A stretch of 43,674 nt of DNA from Eubacteriales bacterium (lineage in GTDB: Bacteria; Bacillota; Clostridia; Oscillospirales; SIG627), in contig JAZNRO010000024.1 of NCBI GenBank assembly GCA_045590715.1, forward strand, positions 1-43,674, given 5' to 3'. Both the position numbers and the translations under genes were made by a program. Within the stretch, counting starts at the first letter, position 1. Every line of letters starts with the position of its first letter. Of the stretch, positions 35,478 to 43,300 are shown one piece after another. Below the pieces are notes generated by a model, which did no database searches, had not been told where the DNA came from, and was given only the letters and a program-made list of their open reading frames with translations.

Positions 35478-35616
35478 GGTTTTCACCTCCATAAATTCTG
35501 ATCCGATAACCCGGCAAGGGCAGGTGAATGGTCCGGCCACAAGGCAAGGACCCGTTACCCCTTTACTGCGTTACGGATTCTGGTATAATTTGCTTCGCCT
35601 TACCACAGACGGAGCA
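35478..35616 (-). promoter_or_regulatory. About 140-nt GC-rich 5' leader of rpsO; candidate S15 autoregulatory structure
   Basis: The leader is long and lies between the predicted promoter and the RBS. It is noticeably more GC-rich than neighbouring intergenic DNA and has complementary segments (CCGGC..GCCGG type). S15 autoregulates through leader structures in many bacteria. Confidence 0.4.
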
Positions 35617-35622
35617 GAGAAA

Positions 35623-35651
35623 ATTCTACCATAATCTATAGAAAAAAGCAA
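35623..35651 (-). promoter_or_regulatory. Sigma-A promoter of rpsO-pnp
   Basis: On the minus strand: TTGCTT (35646-35651), 17-nt spacer, TGg-TAGAAT (35623-35631). Confidence 0.55.
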
Positions 35652-35710
35652 GTTTTTCTTTGAAAAAAACGCTTCTTTTCCTTATATATATAAGAAAATT
35701 TACAACTTCT

Positions 35711-35995
35711 TCACGATTTCCGGTGATGTTTTCTCTTTTTTCTCATCTTTTTCATATAAAAAAGGCGGCTTTTCATATTGAAAAACATACTCATCGCTCT
35801 CAGGATCAGCATGATCGCAATGAAAATTACGATCATTTTGTAAAGAGTGGCAGAGGCGCTGACGGTAACGCTCCGGGGGCCGGAGGCTTTGCCGGTCTTT
35901 TTGTCGTAAGAGGAAATGCCGAAGGTGAGAGAGGGGGAGAGGACGAAACGGTCCAAAAAACAGCGGCAGCTTTTTGCCATTGGTACAAGGTCCAT
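35711..35995 (-). CDS. Small hypothetical protein with a C-terminal transmembrane helix and basic tail
   Basis: 94 aa. This is the only frame in the region with host-like C-ending codon preference (TTC, GGC, ACC, GAC, ATC, CTG). The TM segment is MIVIFIAIMLILRAM, followed by KKMRKKRKHHRK. I recognised no homology. Confidence 0.35.
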   Translation of the reverse strand: MDLVPMAKSCRCFLDRFVLSPSLTFGISSYDKKTGKASGPRSVTVSASATLYKMIVIFIAIMLILRAMSMFFNMKSRLFYMKKMRKKRKHHRKS

Positions 35996-36071
35996 TCTTT
36001 TTCATTCCTTTCATTTTTTTATTATAGTTTGCCTTCTTTTCAAAAAAATAGTATTCCTTTCCTTTCTTCTT

Positions 36072-36104
36072 TTGACAATTCCTGCAAAAGAAGAATGATA
36101 GAAT
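36072..36104 (+). promoter_or_regulatory. spoIIE promoter with over-long 21-nt spacer (Spo0A-dependent type)
   Basis: TTGACA (36072-36077), 21-nt spacer, TGa-TAGAAT (36096-36104). TTTGACA at 36071-36077 is one mismatch from the 0A-box complement TTCGACA. Confidence 0.5.
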
Positions 36105-36141
36105 GATTTTCCAAATCTTAGAAAAGACGGGAAGTGTAACG

Positions 36142-38598
36142 ATGGAACAGGAAAACAAAAGCAAACTAAAAGAAAAATCAAAAGGGCAGAAAATCGGGAA
36201 GGCGATTTATGAAAAGTGCCTTTTGGCAGCAAGGGTATTTTTGCGGCGGATGGAAACGGTATCCGAAGCTTTTTGGAAACAGTTTTTGGCGGAAAAGGGA
36301 AGAGAAAAGAAAAGCTTTGTATCAAGGCTCTACGCCGCCCTCTTTTTCCTTGCCGTATTTACCTTTTCCGCAGTGGTATCTCTTGCCCGTTTTCCCTTAA
36401 GGGTTTACCCGGCGGGCTTTGCCCTGCTTTCTGCCCTGGGCGGAAGACAAAGAGCCAAGGGAAAGGAAGATCTGATTCTTGCCGTGATCTTAAGTTCTTT
36501 CTCCGGGGTGCTTCTTTCCTGCGCCTTTGTGGAAAAATACGGTTTCTTTTATCTTTTGGCTTATTTGATCTTATTTATGGCAAGAGCCGGGATCACGGCG
36601 GGAAAGCTGAATGAGTCGATCCTGGCCAGAGTGACCTTCTCCGCCTCTATGGCGGTGGGACTGGGACTGCTTGTGTCCATGTTTGAATCCTTTTCCGTGC
36701 GCAGTGTTTTTGCGGCGGTAAGCTTTGGTATTCTGACACCCCTTATCACCTATCTGCTTTGCGGATTTTACGTGTTTATCGGCTCGGACCTTTTGGTAGG
36801 CCAGATCCCTTCCCAGAAAAAGGTGTACGTGGAAGGAGCCTTTTTCACCTTGGCCTATCTCTTTTTATATGCGCTGAAGGATATTTCTTTTTTCAGTGTT
36901 TCTCCCGCCTTTGTTCTGGCGGTGCTTTTTGCTCTTATTCTAGCCAGAACCCGAGGCGCCCTTTACGGCGCGGCGGCGGGGATGATCGGAGGCATGGCGG
37001 CGGCCAGTTCCGGTACGGCACCGGCTCTGGCGGTGGCAGGCTTTTTTGCCGGTCTCTTTTTTGAATATTCCGGCTACGTGGCAATGACCGTCTCCTTTGT
37101 GGCGGCCTGCGGTTACTGTATGTATACGGAGGGGCTGGGTAGTTTTGGCTACTTTACGGCGGATTATCTATTGGCCCTTCTTCTTTTTGTTCCTCTTTGG
37201 TATCTTTTCCCCAAATCTTCCCCCGTTGTAGAAAAGACAAACTTTGGCGAGGTTATCACAAAGGATCTTGCAGGAAAGGCAAAAGAGAAACTGCGCAGTA
37301 TGAGCGACGCTTTTTCCTCTTTGTCAGAGGTATTCTATACGGTTAGTGACACCATCAAAAAGCCAAAGCTTTCCGAGTGTAGCCGCCTTGTTTCCGATTG
37401 TTGCAGTCAGATCTGCTCCCAGTGCGCTTTATCCGGCGTTTGCTGGGGTCAGGAGCAGGGAAAAAACGTTGACGCCACAACCCTTGCCGCTACCCGCCTT
37501 TTGACGGAAGGGAAGGTAAAGAAGGAGGACTTCTCCGAGCCCTTCCGTTCCAAATGTATTCATCTCTCCCGGCTTCTGGAACTGATCAATCAGCGCTACG
37601 ACGTTTTAAGCGGAGGCTTTCTGAAAAACAATAAAACAAGACTTCTGGCAGGGGAATACAGCTCCGTATCCCGGCTTTTAAAAAGTACGGCCGGAGAACT
37701 TTCTCAAGAACTGGAGTATAACCCAATGCTAGAAGAGAGGGCCAATAAAGTGCTCCGGAATCTTGGCATCTATTACCGCAGAGTGGCGGTATTCGGAAAT
37801 CGGGAGCTGAAGATCGACGTATACGGCATCAAAATGGATCGGGTATCTTTCGGTACGGATAAGATCCTTTCCGCTTTTGAAAAGGAGTTTTCCTGTCTTT
37901 TTGATGCGCCCAGCTTTTTGATGTTTGAAGAAAGTGTGGTCATGCGCCTTCGGAGAAAAAGGGTGCTGTCCCTGGAATGCGCCAAATCCGGCTACACCAA
38001 AAAGGGAGAAGCGGTCAGCGGAGATCACTTAAGCTTTTTTGAAACGGATCGGGAATATTTCTATACCCTTATCTGCGACGGAATGGGAAGCGGTAGGGAA
38101 GCGGCCTTCACCAGCCGGCTTGCCTCTATTTTCATTGAGAAACTGATGCACTGCGCAACGCCGAAAAACGTGACCCTTGAAATGCTTAACGCTTTTCTGA
38201 TGAGTAAGACCGATGAAACCTTTACCACCGTAGACCTTCTGGAAATAGACCTTTTATCGGCCGGCGCCAATTTTATTAAAGCCGGTGCGGCACCTTCTTA
38301 CGTTTTGCGGGGAGATCGGCTACACCGCATCGAATCCCGTACACCGCCGGCCGGGATCTTAAACCGTATGTGCGCCGAGCAAACCAGCTTTACCCTGAAA
38401 GCAGGGGATTTCGTGATTTTGTTATCCGACGGGGCGGACCTGGGAGAGTCCGGCTCGGTGCTGGCTTCTATGATCGCAGGGAAAAGCTTTGAAAACGCCG
38501 GCGCGCTTTGTGATCTGATCTTCCAAGGAGTAAAAGAAAATCGTTCAGTCAGTGACGATCTGAGCATATCAGTCATTCGAGTTATGAACAATAAATGA
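36142..38598 (+). CDS. spoIIE: Stage II sporulation protein E (membrane PP2C phosphatase)
   Basis: About 10 N-terminal TM helices, a central domain and a C-terminal PP2C domain (GDHLSFFETD...LICDGMGSGREAA...ILLSDG). I chose ATG 36142 because the ATG at 36103 lies inside the -10 element. Confidence 0.9.
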   Translation: MEQENKSKLKEKSKGQKIGKAIYEKCLLAARVFLRRMETVSEAFWKQFLAEKGREKKSFVSRLYAALFFLAVFTFSAVVSLARFPLRVYPAGFALLSALGGRQRAKGKEDLILAVILSSFSGVLLSCAFVEKYGFFYLLAYLILFMARAGITAGKLNESILARVTFSASMAVGLGLLVSMFESFSVRSVFAAVSFGILTPLITYLLCGFYVFIGSDLLVGQIPSQKKVYVEGAFFTLAYLFLYALKDISFFSVSPAFVLAVLFALILARTRGALYGAAAGMIGGMAAASSGTAPALAVAGFFAGLFFEYSGYVAMTVSFVAACGYCMYTEGLGSFGYFTADYLLALLLFVPLWYLFPKSSPVVEKTNFGEVITKDLAGKAKEKLRSMSDAFSSLSEVFYTVSDTIKKPKLSECSRLVSDCCSQICSQCALSGVCWGQEQGKNVDATTLAATRLLTEGKVKKEDFSEPFRSKCIHLSRLLELINQRYDVLSGGFLKNNKTRLLAGEYSSVSRLLKSTAGELSQELEYNPMLEERANKVLRNLGIYYRRVAVFGNRELKIDVYGIKMDRVSFGTDKILSAFEKEFSCLFDAPSFLMFEESVVMRLRRKRVLSLECAKSGYTKKGEAVSGDHLSFFETDREYFYTLICDGMGSGREAAFTSRLASIFIEKLMHCATPKNVTLEMLNAFLMSKTDETFTTVDLLEIDLLSAGANFIKAGAAPSYVLRGDRLHRIESRTPPAGILNRMCAEQTSFTLKAGDFVILLSDGADLGESGSVLASMIAGKSFENAGALCDLIFQGVKENRSVSDDLSISVIRVMNNK

Positions 38599-38628
38599 AT
38601 AAAATATATATTTTTTTATAAGAAACGG

Positions 38629-38657
38629 TTGACAAATTGTTCCCCTTCCTTCATAAT
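38629..38657 (+). promoter_or_regulatory. Sigma-A-type promoter of the small lipoprotein gene
   Basis: TTGACA (38629-38634), 17-nt spacer, CATAAT (38652-38657). Confidence 0.55.
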
Positions 38658-38682
38658 AGGAAGAGAAGGAAGGAGGGATCAT

Positions 38683-39045
38683 ATGAAAAAAAGCATTGCA
38701 ATTTCAGTACTTTTCGTGCTGGCCTTGTGTTCTTTTATCGTCCTTTCTTCTTGTGCCGCTCCGGAAAACCAGCTTCTCGGCCGCTGGGAAACCACCATTG
38801 AGTCAAAGGATCTGGGAAATATCAAGATGGTGTATCATTTCACCGAAGAGGGTGAGATCTTCCTGGAGCAAAAGAATTCGGATGCCATTCCTTTTTCCAT
38901 TCCCTTCGGTACCTACCGGGTGGAAAAGGAAAAGCTTATCATCATCAGTGACGGCGTGGAAAAACCTTTTACCTATTCGGTAAAAGAGGGGAAACTGACC
39001 CTTTCTTACCCGGATGAAGCGGACCTTGTTTTTCAAAAGATTTAG
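38683..39045 (+). CDS. Small lipoprotein, lipocalin-like beta-barrel type (function unknown)
   Basis: MKKSIAISVLFVLALCSFIVLSSC|AAPEN lipobox. LLGRWE...YHFTEEGEIF...GTYRVEKEKLII...YSVKEGKLTL is a typical lipocalin-like repeat-strand pattern. RBS is GGAAGGAGGG. Confidence 0.65.
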   Translation: MKKSIAISVLFVLALCSFIVLSSCAAPENQLLGRWETTIESKDLGNIKMVYHFTEEGEIFLEQKNSDAIPFSIPFGTYRVEKEKLIIISDGVEKPFTYSVKEGKLTLSYPDEADLVFQKI

Positions 39046-39078
39046 CTTGTAAAAGCTTTAAAAAAAGCGCTGAATACG

Positions 39079-39117
39079 GCCTCTTTTCCCGTTTTCGGGG
39101 GAAGAGGCTCTGTTTTT
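39079..39117 (+). terminator. Rho-independent terminator
   Basis: Stem GCCTCTTTTCCC / GGGGAAGAGGC (39079-39090 and about 39097-39108) followed by TCTGTTTTT. Confidence 0.7.
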
Positions 39118-39132
39118 GCACGAAACCGTATA

Positions 39133-39180
39133 TCACAAGATATTGTTTGTACTTTTTAGTAAAAACACAATATCTTGTGT
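39133..39180. promoter_or_regulatory. Two NrdR boxes, 32 bp start-to-start
   Basis: Box 2 ACACAATATCTTGTGT (39165-39180) matches the acaCwAtATaTwGtgt consensus at 15 of 16 positions. Box 1 TCACAAGATATTGTTT (39133-39148) is its near reverse complement (14 of 16). The 32-bp spacing is about three helical turns, as is typical. Confidence 0.7.
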
Positions 39181-39187
39181 TTTTGTA

Positions 39188-39216
39188 TTGACGAATACTA
39201 CCGGTCGTGGTATACT
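39188..39216 (+). promoter_or_regulatory. Sigma-A promoter of the nrdG-nrdD-trxB-like operon
   Basis: TTGACG (39188-39193), 17-nt spacer, TGg-TATACT (39208-39216), abutting NrdR box 2. Confidence 0.6.
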
Positions 39217-39246
39217 AACTAAGCACCAAACATGCGAGGAAAGAAA

Positions 39247-39945
39247 ATGAATGTTCAAGGCTATCAGAAACTGACGCTCCTGGATTTTCCGGGGAAAGTG
39301 GCGTGTACGGTCTTCACCGGTGGGTGTAACCTAAGATGCCCTTTTTGTCATAATGCTTCCCTGGTCCTATCTCCCAGAGAGGGGGACAACCTGGAGGAGG
39401 AAGTCCTTTCCTACCTTGCCCGTCGGCAGGGAATTCTGGAAGGGGTCTGCATCACCGGCGGGGAGCCTCTTTTACAGCCCGATCTGTCGGATTTTATTGA
39501 AAAAGTAAAGAAGATGGGCTTTTCTGTGAAACTTGATACCAACGGCTCGGATCCCGATGCCTTGGCGGCCCTTTTATCCCGGGGAAATATTGATTACATT
39601 GCTATGGATATCAAAAGTTCTCCCGAAGGGTACGAAAAGGCCATCGGCAAAAAAATGGATTTTGACCGTTTTGCCCGTTCGGTGGATCTGATCCGAAAAA
39701 GCGGCGTTCCCTATGAATTCCGTACCACGCTGGTAAAAGGGATCCATACGGAAGAGGACCTGGAAGAGATCGGTAAGTGGCTTTCCGGTGAGGAGAAATA
39801 CTTTCTCCAGGGCTTTGTGGATTCGGGAAACCTTATCGGAAGCGGCGTAGGCGCCTTTTCCTCGGATGAAATGAGTAAGTTTTTATCAGTTATCAGAAAA
39901 AATATTCCCGGAGCAGCACTTCGGGGACAGAAAGAAGGAGAATGA
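39247..39945 (+). CDS. nrdG: Anaerobic ribonucleoside-triphosphate reductase activating protein (radical SAM)
   Basis: FPGKVACTVFTGGCNLRCPFCHN (CxxxCxxC) and GVCITGGEPL. Start at ATG 39247 is 7 nt after a GAGG RBS. Confidence 0.92.
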   Translation: MNVQGYQKLTLLDFPGKVACTVFTGGCNLRCPFCHNASLVLSPREGDNLEEEVLSYLARRQGILEGVCITGGEPLLQPDLSDFIEKVKKMGFSVKLDTNGSDPDALAALLSRGNIDYIAMDIKSSPEGYEKAIGKKMDFDRFARSVDLIRKSGVPYEFRTTLVKGIHTEEDLEEIGKWLSGEEKYFLQGFVDSGNLIGSGVGAFSSDEMSKFLSVIRKNIPGAALRGQKEGE

Positions 39946-39947
39946 GA

Positions 39948-42314
39948 ATGTATCAGGTAAACAAACGTGACGGAAAGACCGTAGCATTTGAGATTTCCAA
40001 GATCTCTTCCGCCATCAAACTGGCTTTTGAAGCCTGCGAAAGAAATTACAATGACAATATCATCGACTTTTTGGCGCTGAAGGTTACCTCTGATTTTGAG
40101 CCCAAGGTAGAGAATGATATCGTTGCCGTAGAAGATATTCAGGACAGTGTAGAAACCGTTCTGGTACAGGCCGGCTATGCCGACGTGGCAAAGGCATATA
40201 TTCTGTACCGCCGTCAGAGAGAAAAACTCCGTAATATGAAGTCTACCCTGGTGGACTATACCGACATCGTAAACCAGTACGTAAAGAATATCGACTGGCG
40301 TGTAAAGGAAAACTCTACCGTTACCTATTCCGTAGGCGGTCTGATCCTGAACAACTCCGGTGCCATTACCGCAAACTACTGGCTCAGCGAAATTTACGAT
40401 GACGAAATCAGCCAGGCACACAAGAATGCTGACCTTCACATTCACGACCTTTCCATGCTCACCGGTTACTGTGCCGGTTGGTCTTTAAAGCAGCTGATCG
40501 AAGAGGGTCTTGGCGGTGTTGCCGGAAAGATCACTTCCGCTCCCGCAAAGCATCTTGCTACCCTCTGTAACCAGATGGTAAACTTCCTTGGTATCATGCA
40601 GAATGAGTGGGCCGGCGCGCAGGCATTCTCTTCCTTTGATACCTACCTTGCTCCCTTTGTAAAGGTAGACAATTTAAGCTACGACGCAGTAAAGAAGTGC
40701 ATTGAGTCCTTCGTTTACGGCGTGAATACCCCCAGCCGTTGGGGTACCCAGGCTCCCTTCTCCAACATTACTCTGGACTGGACCTGCCCCCCCGACCTGG
40801 AAGACGAGTACGTAATCGTAGGCGGTAAGCGCCTTGACTTTAAGTACGGCGACTGTAAGAAGGAAATGGATATGGTAAACCGTGCCTTCATCGAAATCAT
40901 GATCGAAGGCGACGCCAACGGCCGCGGATTCCAGTATCCCATCCCCACCTACTCCATCACCCGTGACTTTGACTGGTCCGAAACCGAGAACAACAAGCTT
41001 CTCTTCGAAATGACCTCCAAGTACGGTACTCCCTACTTCTCTAACTACGTAAACAGCGATATGGAACCCTCTGACGTTCGTTCCATGTGCTGCCGTCTCC
41101 GTCTTGACCTTCGTGAACTGAGAAAGAAATCCGGCGGCTTCTTCGGTTCCGGCGAAAGCACCGGTTCCGTTGGCGTTGTTACCATCAATATGCCCCGTAT
41201 CGCTTACCTTTCCGAAAACAAGGAAGAGTTCTACAAGAAGCTGGATCATATGATGGATATTGCCGCTCGTTCTCTGAAGATCAAGCGTACCATCATCACC
41301 AAACTCTTGGATGAAGGTCTGTATCCCTACACCAAGCGTTACCTTGGCACCTTCAACAACCACTTCTCTACCATCGGTCTTGTTGGTATGAACGAAGCAG
41401 GCCTGAATGCCAAGTGGATCGGCAAGGATATGACCCATAAGGAAACCCAGGAATTCACCAAGGAAGTACTCAATCACATGCGTGAGCGTCTCTCCGACTA
41501 CCAGGAGAAGTACGGCGACCTTTACAACCTGGAAGCTACTCCCGCAGAATCTACTTCCTTCCGTCTTGCCAAGCACGACCGCAAGAGATATCCCGATATC
41601 CTCTGCGCTTCCGACGGAGAAGTTCCTTATTACACCAACTCTTCTCACCTGCCCGTAGGCTATACCGACGATATCTTTACCGCTCTGGATATCCAGGACG
41701 AACTGCAGACCCTTTACACCTCCGGTACCGTATTCCACGCCTTCATCGGCGAGAAACTGCCTGACTGGAAAGCGGCTGCTTCCATCATCCGCAAGATCTC
41801 CGAGAACTACCGTCTGCCTTATTACACCCTGTCTCCCACCTACTCCGTATGTAAGGAGCACGGTTATATCGCCGGCGAACAGTATCAGTGTCCCAAGTGC
41901 GGCAAGGAAACCGAAGTTTACAGCCGTATCACCGGTTACTACCGTCCCGTAAAGAACTGGAACGACGGTAAGAGCCAGGAATACAAGGAAAGAAAGACCT
42001 ACGACATTCTGGGCTCCAAGCTCACCCGTAAAGGTCCCAAGGAAGAGGAAAAGGCAGAAGAAAAGAATACCGCTTTCTTAGCAGACGGCGTTTACCTCTT
42101 TGCTTCCGCAACCTGTCCCAACTGTAAGATCGCTACCCAGCTTCTGGATAAGGCGGGTGTGTCCTTTAATAAAGTAATGGCACAGGAAAACGTAGCCCTT
42201 ACCGAAGGCCTTGGCATTAAGCAGGCTCCCACTCTGGTAACGGTAAAAGACGGCGAAATTGAAAAGTTCGTTTCCGTTCCCGGCGTGAAGAAGTACATTC
42301 AGTCCGTTCAGTAA
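39948..42314 (+). CDS. nrdD: Anaerobic (class III) ribonucleoside-triphosphate reductase fused to a C-terminal glutaredoxin/NrdH-like thioredoxin-fold domain
   Basis: ATP-cone (YQVNKRDGKTVAFEISKI), finger-loop-like SMCCRLRL (CC at 41088-41093), Zn-ribbon CKEH...CPKCG and glycyl-radical motif SRITGYYRP (Gly codon 41934-41936). A KE-rich linker follows, then an about 80-aa domain with CPNC (42114-42125). ATG 39948 is 7 nt after GGAG. The in-frame ATG 39942 overlaps the nrdG stop and is the alternative start. Confidence 0.93.
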   Translation: MYQVNKRDGKTVAFEISKISSAIKLAFEACERNYNDNIIDFLALKVTSDFEPKVENDIVAVEDIQDSVETVLVQAGYADVAKAYILYRRQREKLRNMKSTLVDYTDIVNQYVKNIDWRVKENSTVTYSVGGLILNNSGAITANYWLSEIYDDEISQAHKNADLHIHDLSMLTGYCAGWSLKQLIEEGLGGVAGKITSAPAKHLATLCNQMVNFLGIMQNEWAGAQAFSSFDTYLAPFVKVDNLSYDAVKKCIESFVYGVNTPSRWGTQAPFSNITLDWTCPPDLEDEYVIVGGKRLDFKYGDCKKEMDMVNRAFIEIMIEGDANGRGFQYPIPTYSITRDFDWSETENNKLLFEMTSKYGTPYFSNYVNSDMEPSDVRSMCCRLRLDLRELRKKSGGFFGSGESTGSVGVVTINMPRIAYLSENKEEFYKKLDHMMDIAARSLKIKRTIITKLLDEGLYPYTKRYLGTFNNHFSTIGLVGMNEAGLNAKWIGKDMTHKETQEFTKEVLNHMRERLSDYQEKYGDLYNLEATPAESTSFRLAKHDRKRYPDILCASDGEVPYYTNSSHLPVGYTDDIFTALDIQDELQTLYTSGTVFHAFIGEKLPDWKAAASIIRKISENYRLPYYTLSPTYSVCKEHGYIAGEQYQCPKCGKETEVYSRITGYYRPVKNWNDGKSQEYKERKTYDILGSKLTRKGPKEEEKAEEKNTAFLADGVYLFASATCPNCKIATQLLDKAGVSFNKVMAQENVALTEGLGIKQAPTLVTVKDGEIEKFVSVPGVKKYIQSVQ

Positions 42315-42331
42315 AAAAATCAAGCAAAATA

Positions 42332-42352
42332 GGGCGGGGCATTGCCCCGCCC
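42332..42352. other. Very GC-rich intercistronic hairpin between nrdD and the trxB-like gene
   Basis: GGGCGGGGC-ATT-GCCCCGCCC, a perfect 9-bp all-G/C-containing stem. No T-run follows on the plus strand. On the minus strand a T-rich tract follows. Confidence 0.5.
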
Positions 42353-42373
42353 GTATTGATAAGAGGTATAACA

Positions 42374-43288
42374 ATGTATGATATCGTAATCGTGGGAGCC
42401 GGCCCTGCAGGACTGACTGCCGCTATTTATGCAAGAAGAGCCAATAAGACCGTACTCATTCTGGATAAGGGAGCCTTTGGCGGACAGATCACCTTCTCTC
42501 CCAAGGTGGAAAATTATCCCGGTTTCACCTCTGCCAGCGGTACGGAACTTGCCGATGCTTTTGTGGAGCAGGTGCTCAGCCAGGGCGCAGACGTTGAGGT
42601 GGAAAACGCCATCCAGATCCGTGATCTTGGTGACCGCAAGGTGGTTCTCACCGAAGAGGGAAGCGAATACGAGTGCGGCGCGGTGATCCTTGCTTTGGGT
42701 GCCCGTCACCGTCACCTGGGTCTGCCCGGTGAAGAAAAGTTTATCGGAGAGGGTATCTCTTTCTGCGCTGTATGTGACGGCGCTTTCTATCAGAATAAGA
42801 CCGTAGCTCTCATTGGCGGCGGAAACTCCGCGCTTCAGGAAGCCATTCTTCTTTCCGAAACCTGTGAAAAGGTGTACGTGATCCAGAACCTTCCCTTCCT
42901 GACCGGTGAGAAGCGTCTGGAAGAGATCCTTCGCGGCAGAAGAAACGTAGAGATCATTACCGAAACGGTGGTTTCTGCCATTGCAGACGGGGATACTTTC
43001 CACGCTATTACCCTGAAAAATACTGCCAGCGGCGAAGAAAAGGAACTGGAAATTGCCGGTATGTTCGTTGCCATCGGTCTGGTTCCCGAAAACGGCGCTT
43101 TTGCGGATTTTGCCGATCTGGATAAGGCCGGTTATTTTGATTCCGGTGAAGATTGCCTGACCAAAACCGAAGGCATCTTCGTAGCAGGGGACTGCCGCAG
43201 AAAAGGCGTTCGCCAGGTTACTACCGCCACGGCTGACGGTGCTACCGCCGCTGTTGCCGCATGCAGATATCTGGAAATGAAAGCATAG
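42374..43288 (+). CDS. Thioredoxin-reductase-like flavoprotein disulfide reductase (low-Mr TrxR family) lacking the NADPH HRRxxxR motif
   Basis: FAD motif VIVGAGPAGLTAAIYA, redox-active CAVC (42764-42775) and second dinucleotide motif GGGNSALQEA. Where E. coli TrxR has HRRDGFRA, this protein reads QNLPFLTG (from 42884). Start at ATG 42374 has an AAGAGG RBS. Confidence 0.85.
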   Translation: MYDIVIVGAGPAGLTAAIYARRANKTVLILDKGAFGGQITFSPKVENYPGFTSASGTELADAFVEQVLSQGADVEVENAIQIRDLGDRKVVLTEEGSEYECGAVILALGARHRHLGLPGEEKFIGEGISFCAVCDGAFYQNKTVALIGGGNSALQEAILLSETCEKVYVIQNLPFLTGEKRLEEILRGRRNVEIITETVVSAIADGDTFHAITLKNTASGEEKELEIAGMFVAIGLVPENGAFADFADLDKAGYFDSGEDCLTKTEGIFVAGDCRRKGVRQVTTATADGATAAVAACRYLEMKA

Positions 43289-43300
43289 AACTTTCAAAAA

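Noticed and set aside
35581-35589. Plus-strand TGgTATAAT (extended -10-like) inside the rpsO leader, with TTTACT 16 nt upstream.
   Set aside because: No plus-strand gene follows for about 550 nt. It would only drive antisense transcription. It is probably a chance match within the leader.
35681-35694. Perfect 14-bp AT-only palindrome CTTATATATATAAG downstream of the small minus-strand ORF.
   Set aside because: It is too AT-rich to be a stable terminator stem and has no obvious partner site. It could be a weak terminator or operator, but there is no support beyond symmetry.
35660-36164. Overlapping ORFs 35660-36106 (+), 35700-36164 (-) and 35916-36098 (+) in the rpsO-spoIIE gap.
   Set aside because: Their translations are low-complexity and their codon usage is unlike host genes (CGG, CGA, TTA, CAA). 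They overlap the spoIIE promoter. Only the 94-aa minus-strand frame (35711-35995) looks coding, and it is reported with low confidence.
40787-40793. C7 homopolymer inside nrdD.
   Set aside because: It simply encodes Cys-Pro-Pro-Asp in frame within a conserved region of an essential-type enzyme. I have no reason to suspect phase variation.
40674-41861. 395-aa minus-strand ORF inside nrdD.
   Set aside because: It is antisense to a clearly identified NrdD and has no independent signals.
42320-43297. 325-aa minus-strand ORF covering the whole TrxR-like gene, ending next to a hairpin with a T-tract on that strand.
   Set aside because: The plus-strand product has FAD, CAVC and dinucleotide motifs in the correct order. 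The antisense translation has no recognisable family. I noted the hairpin separately.
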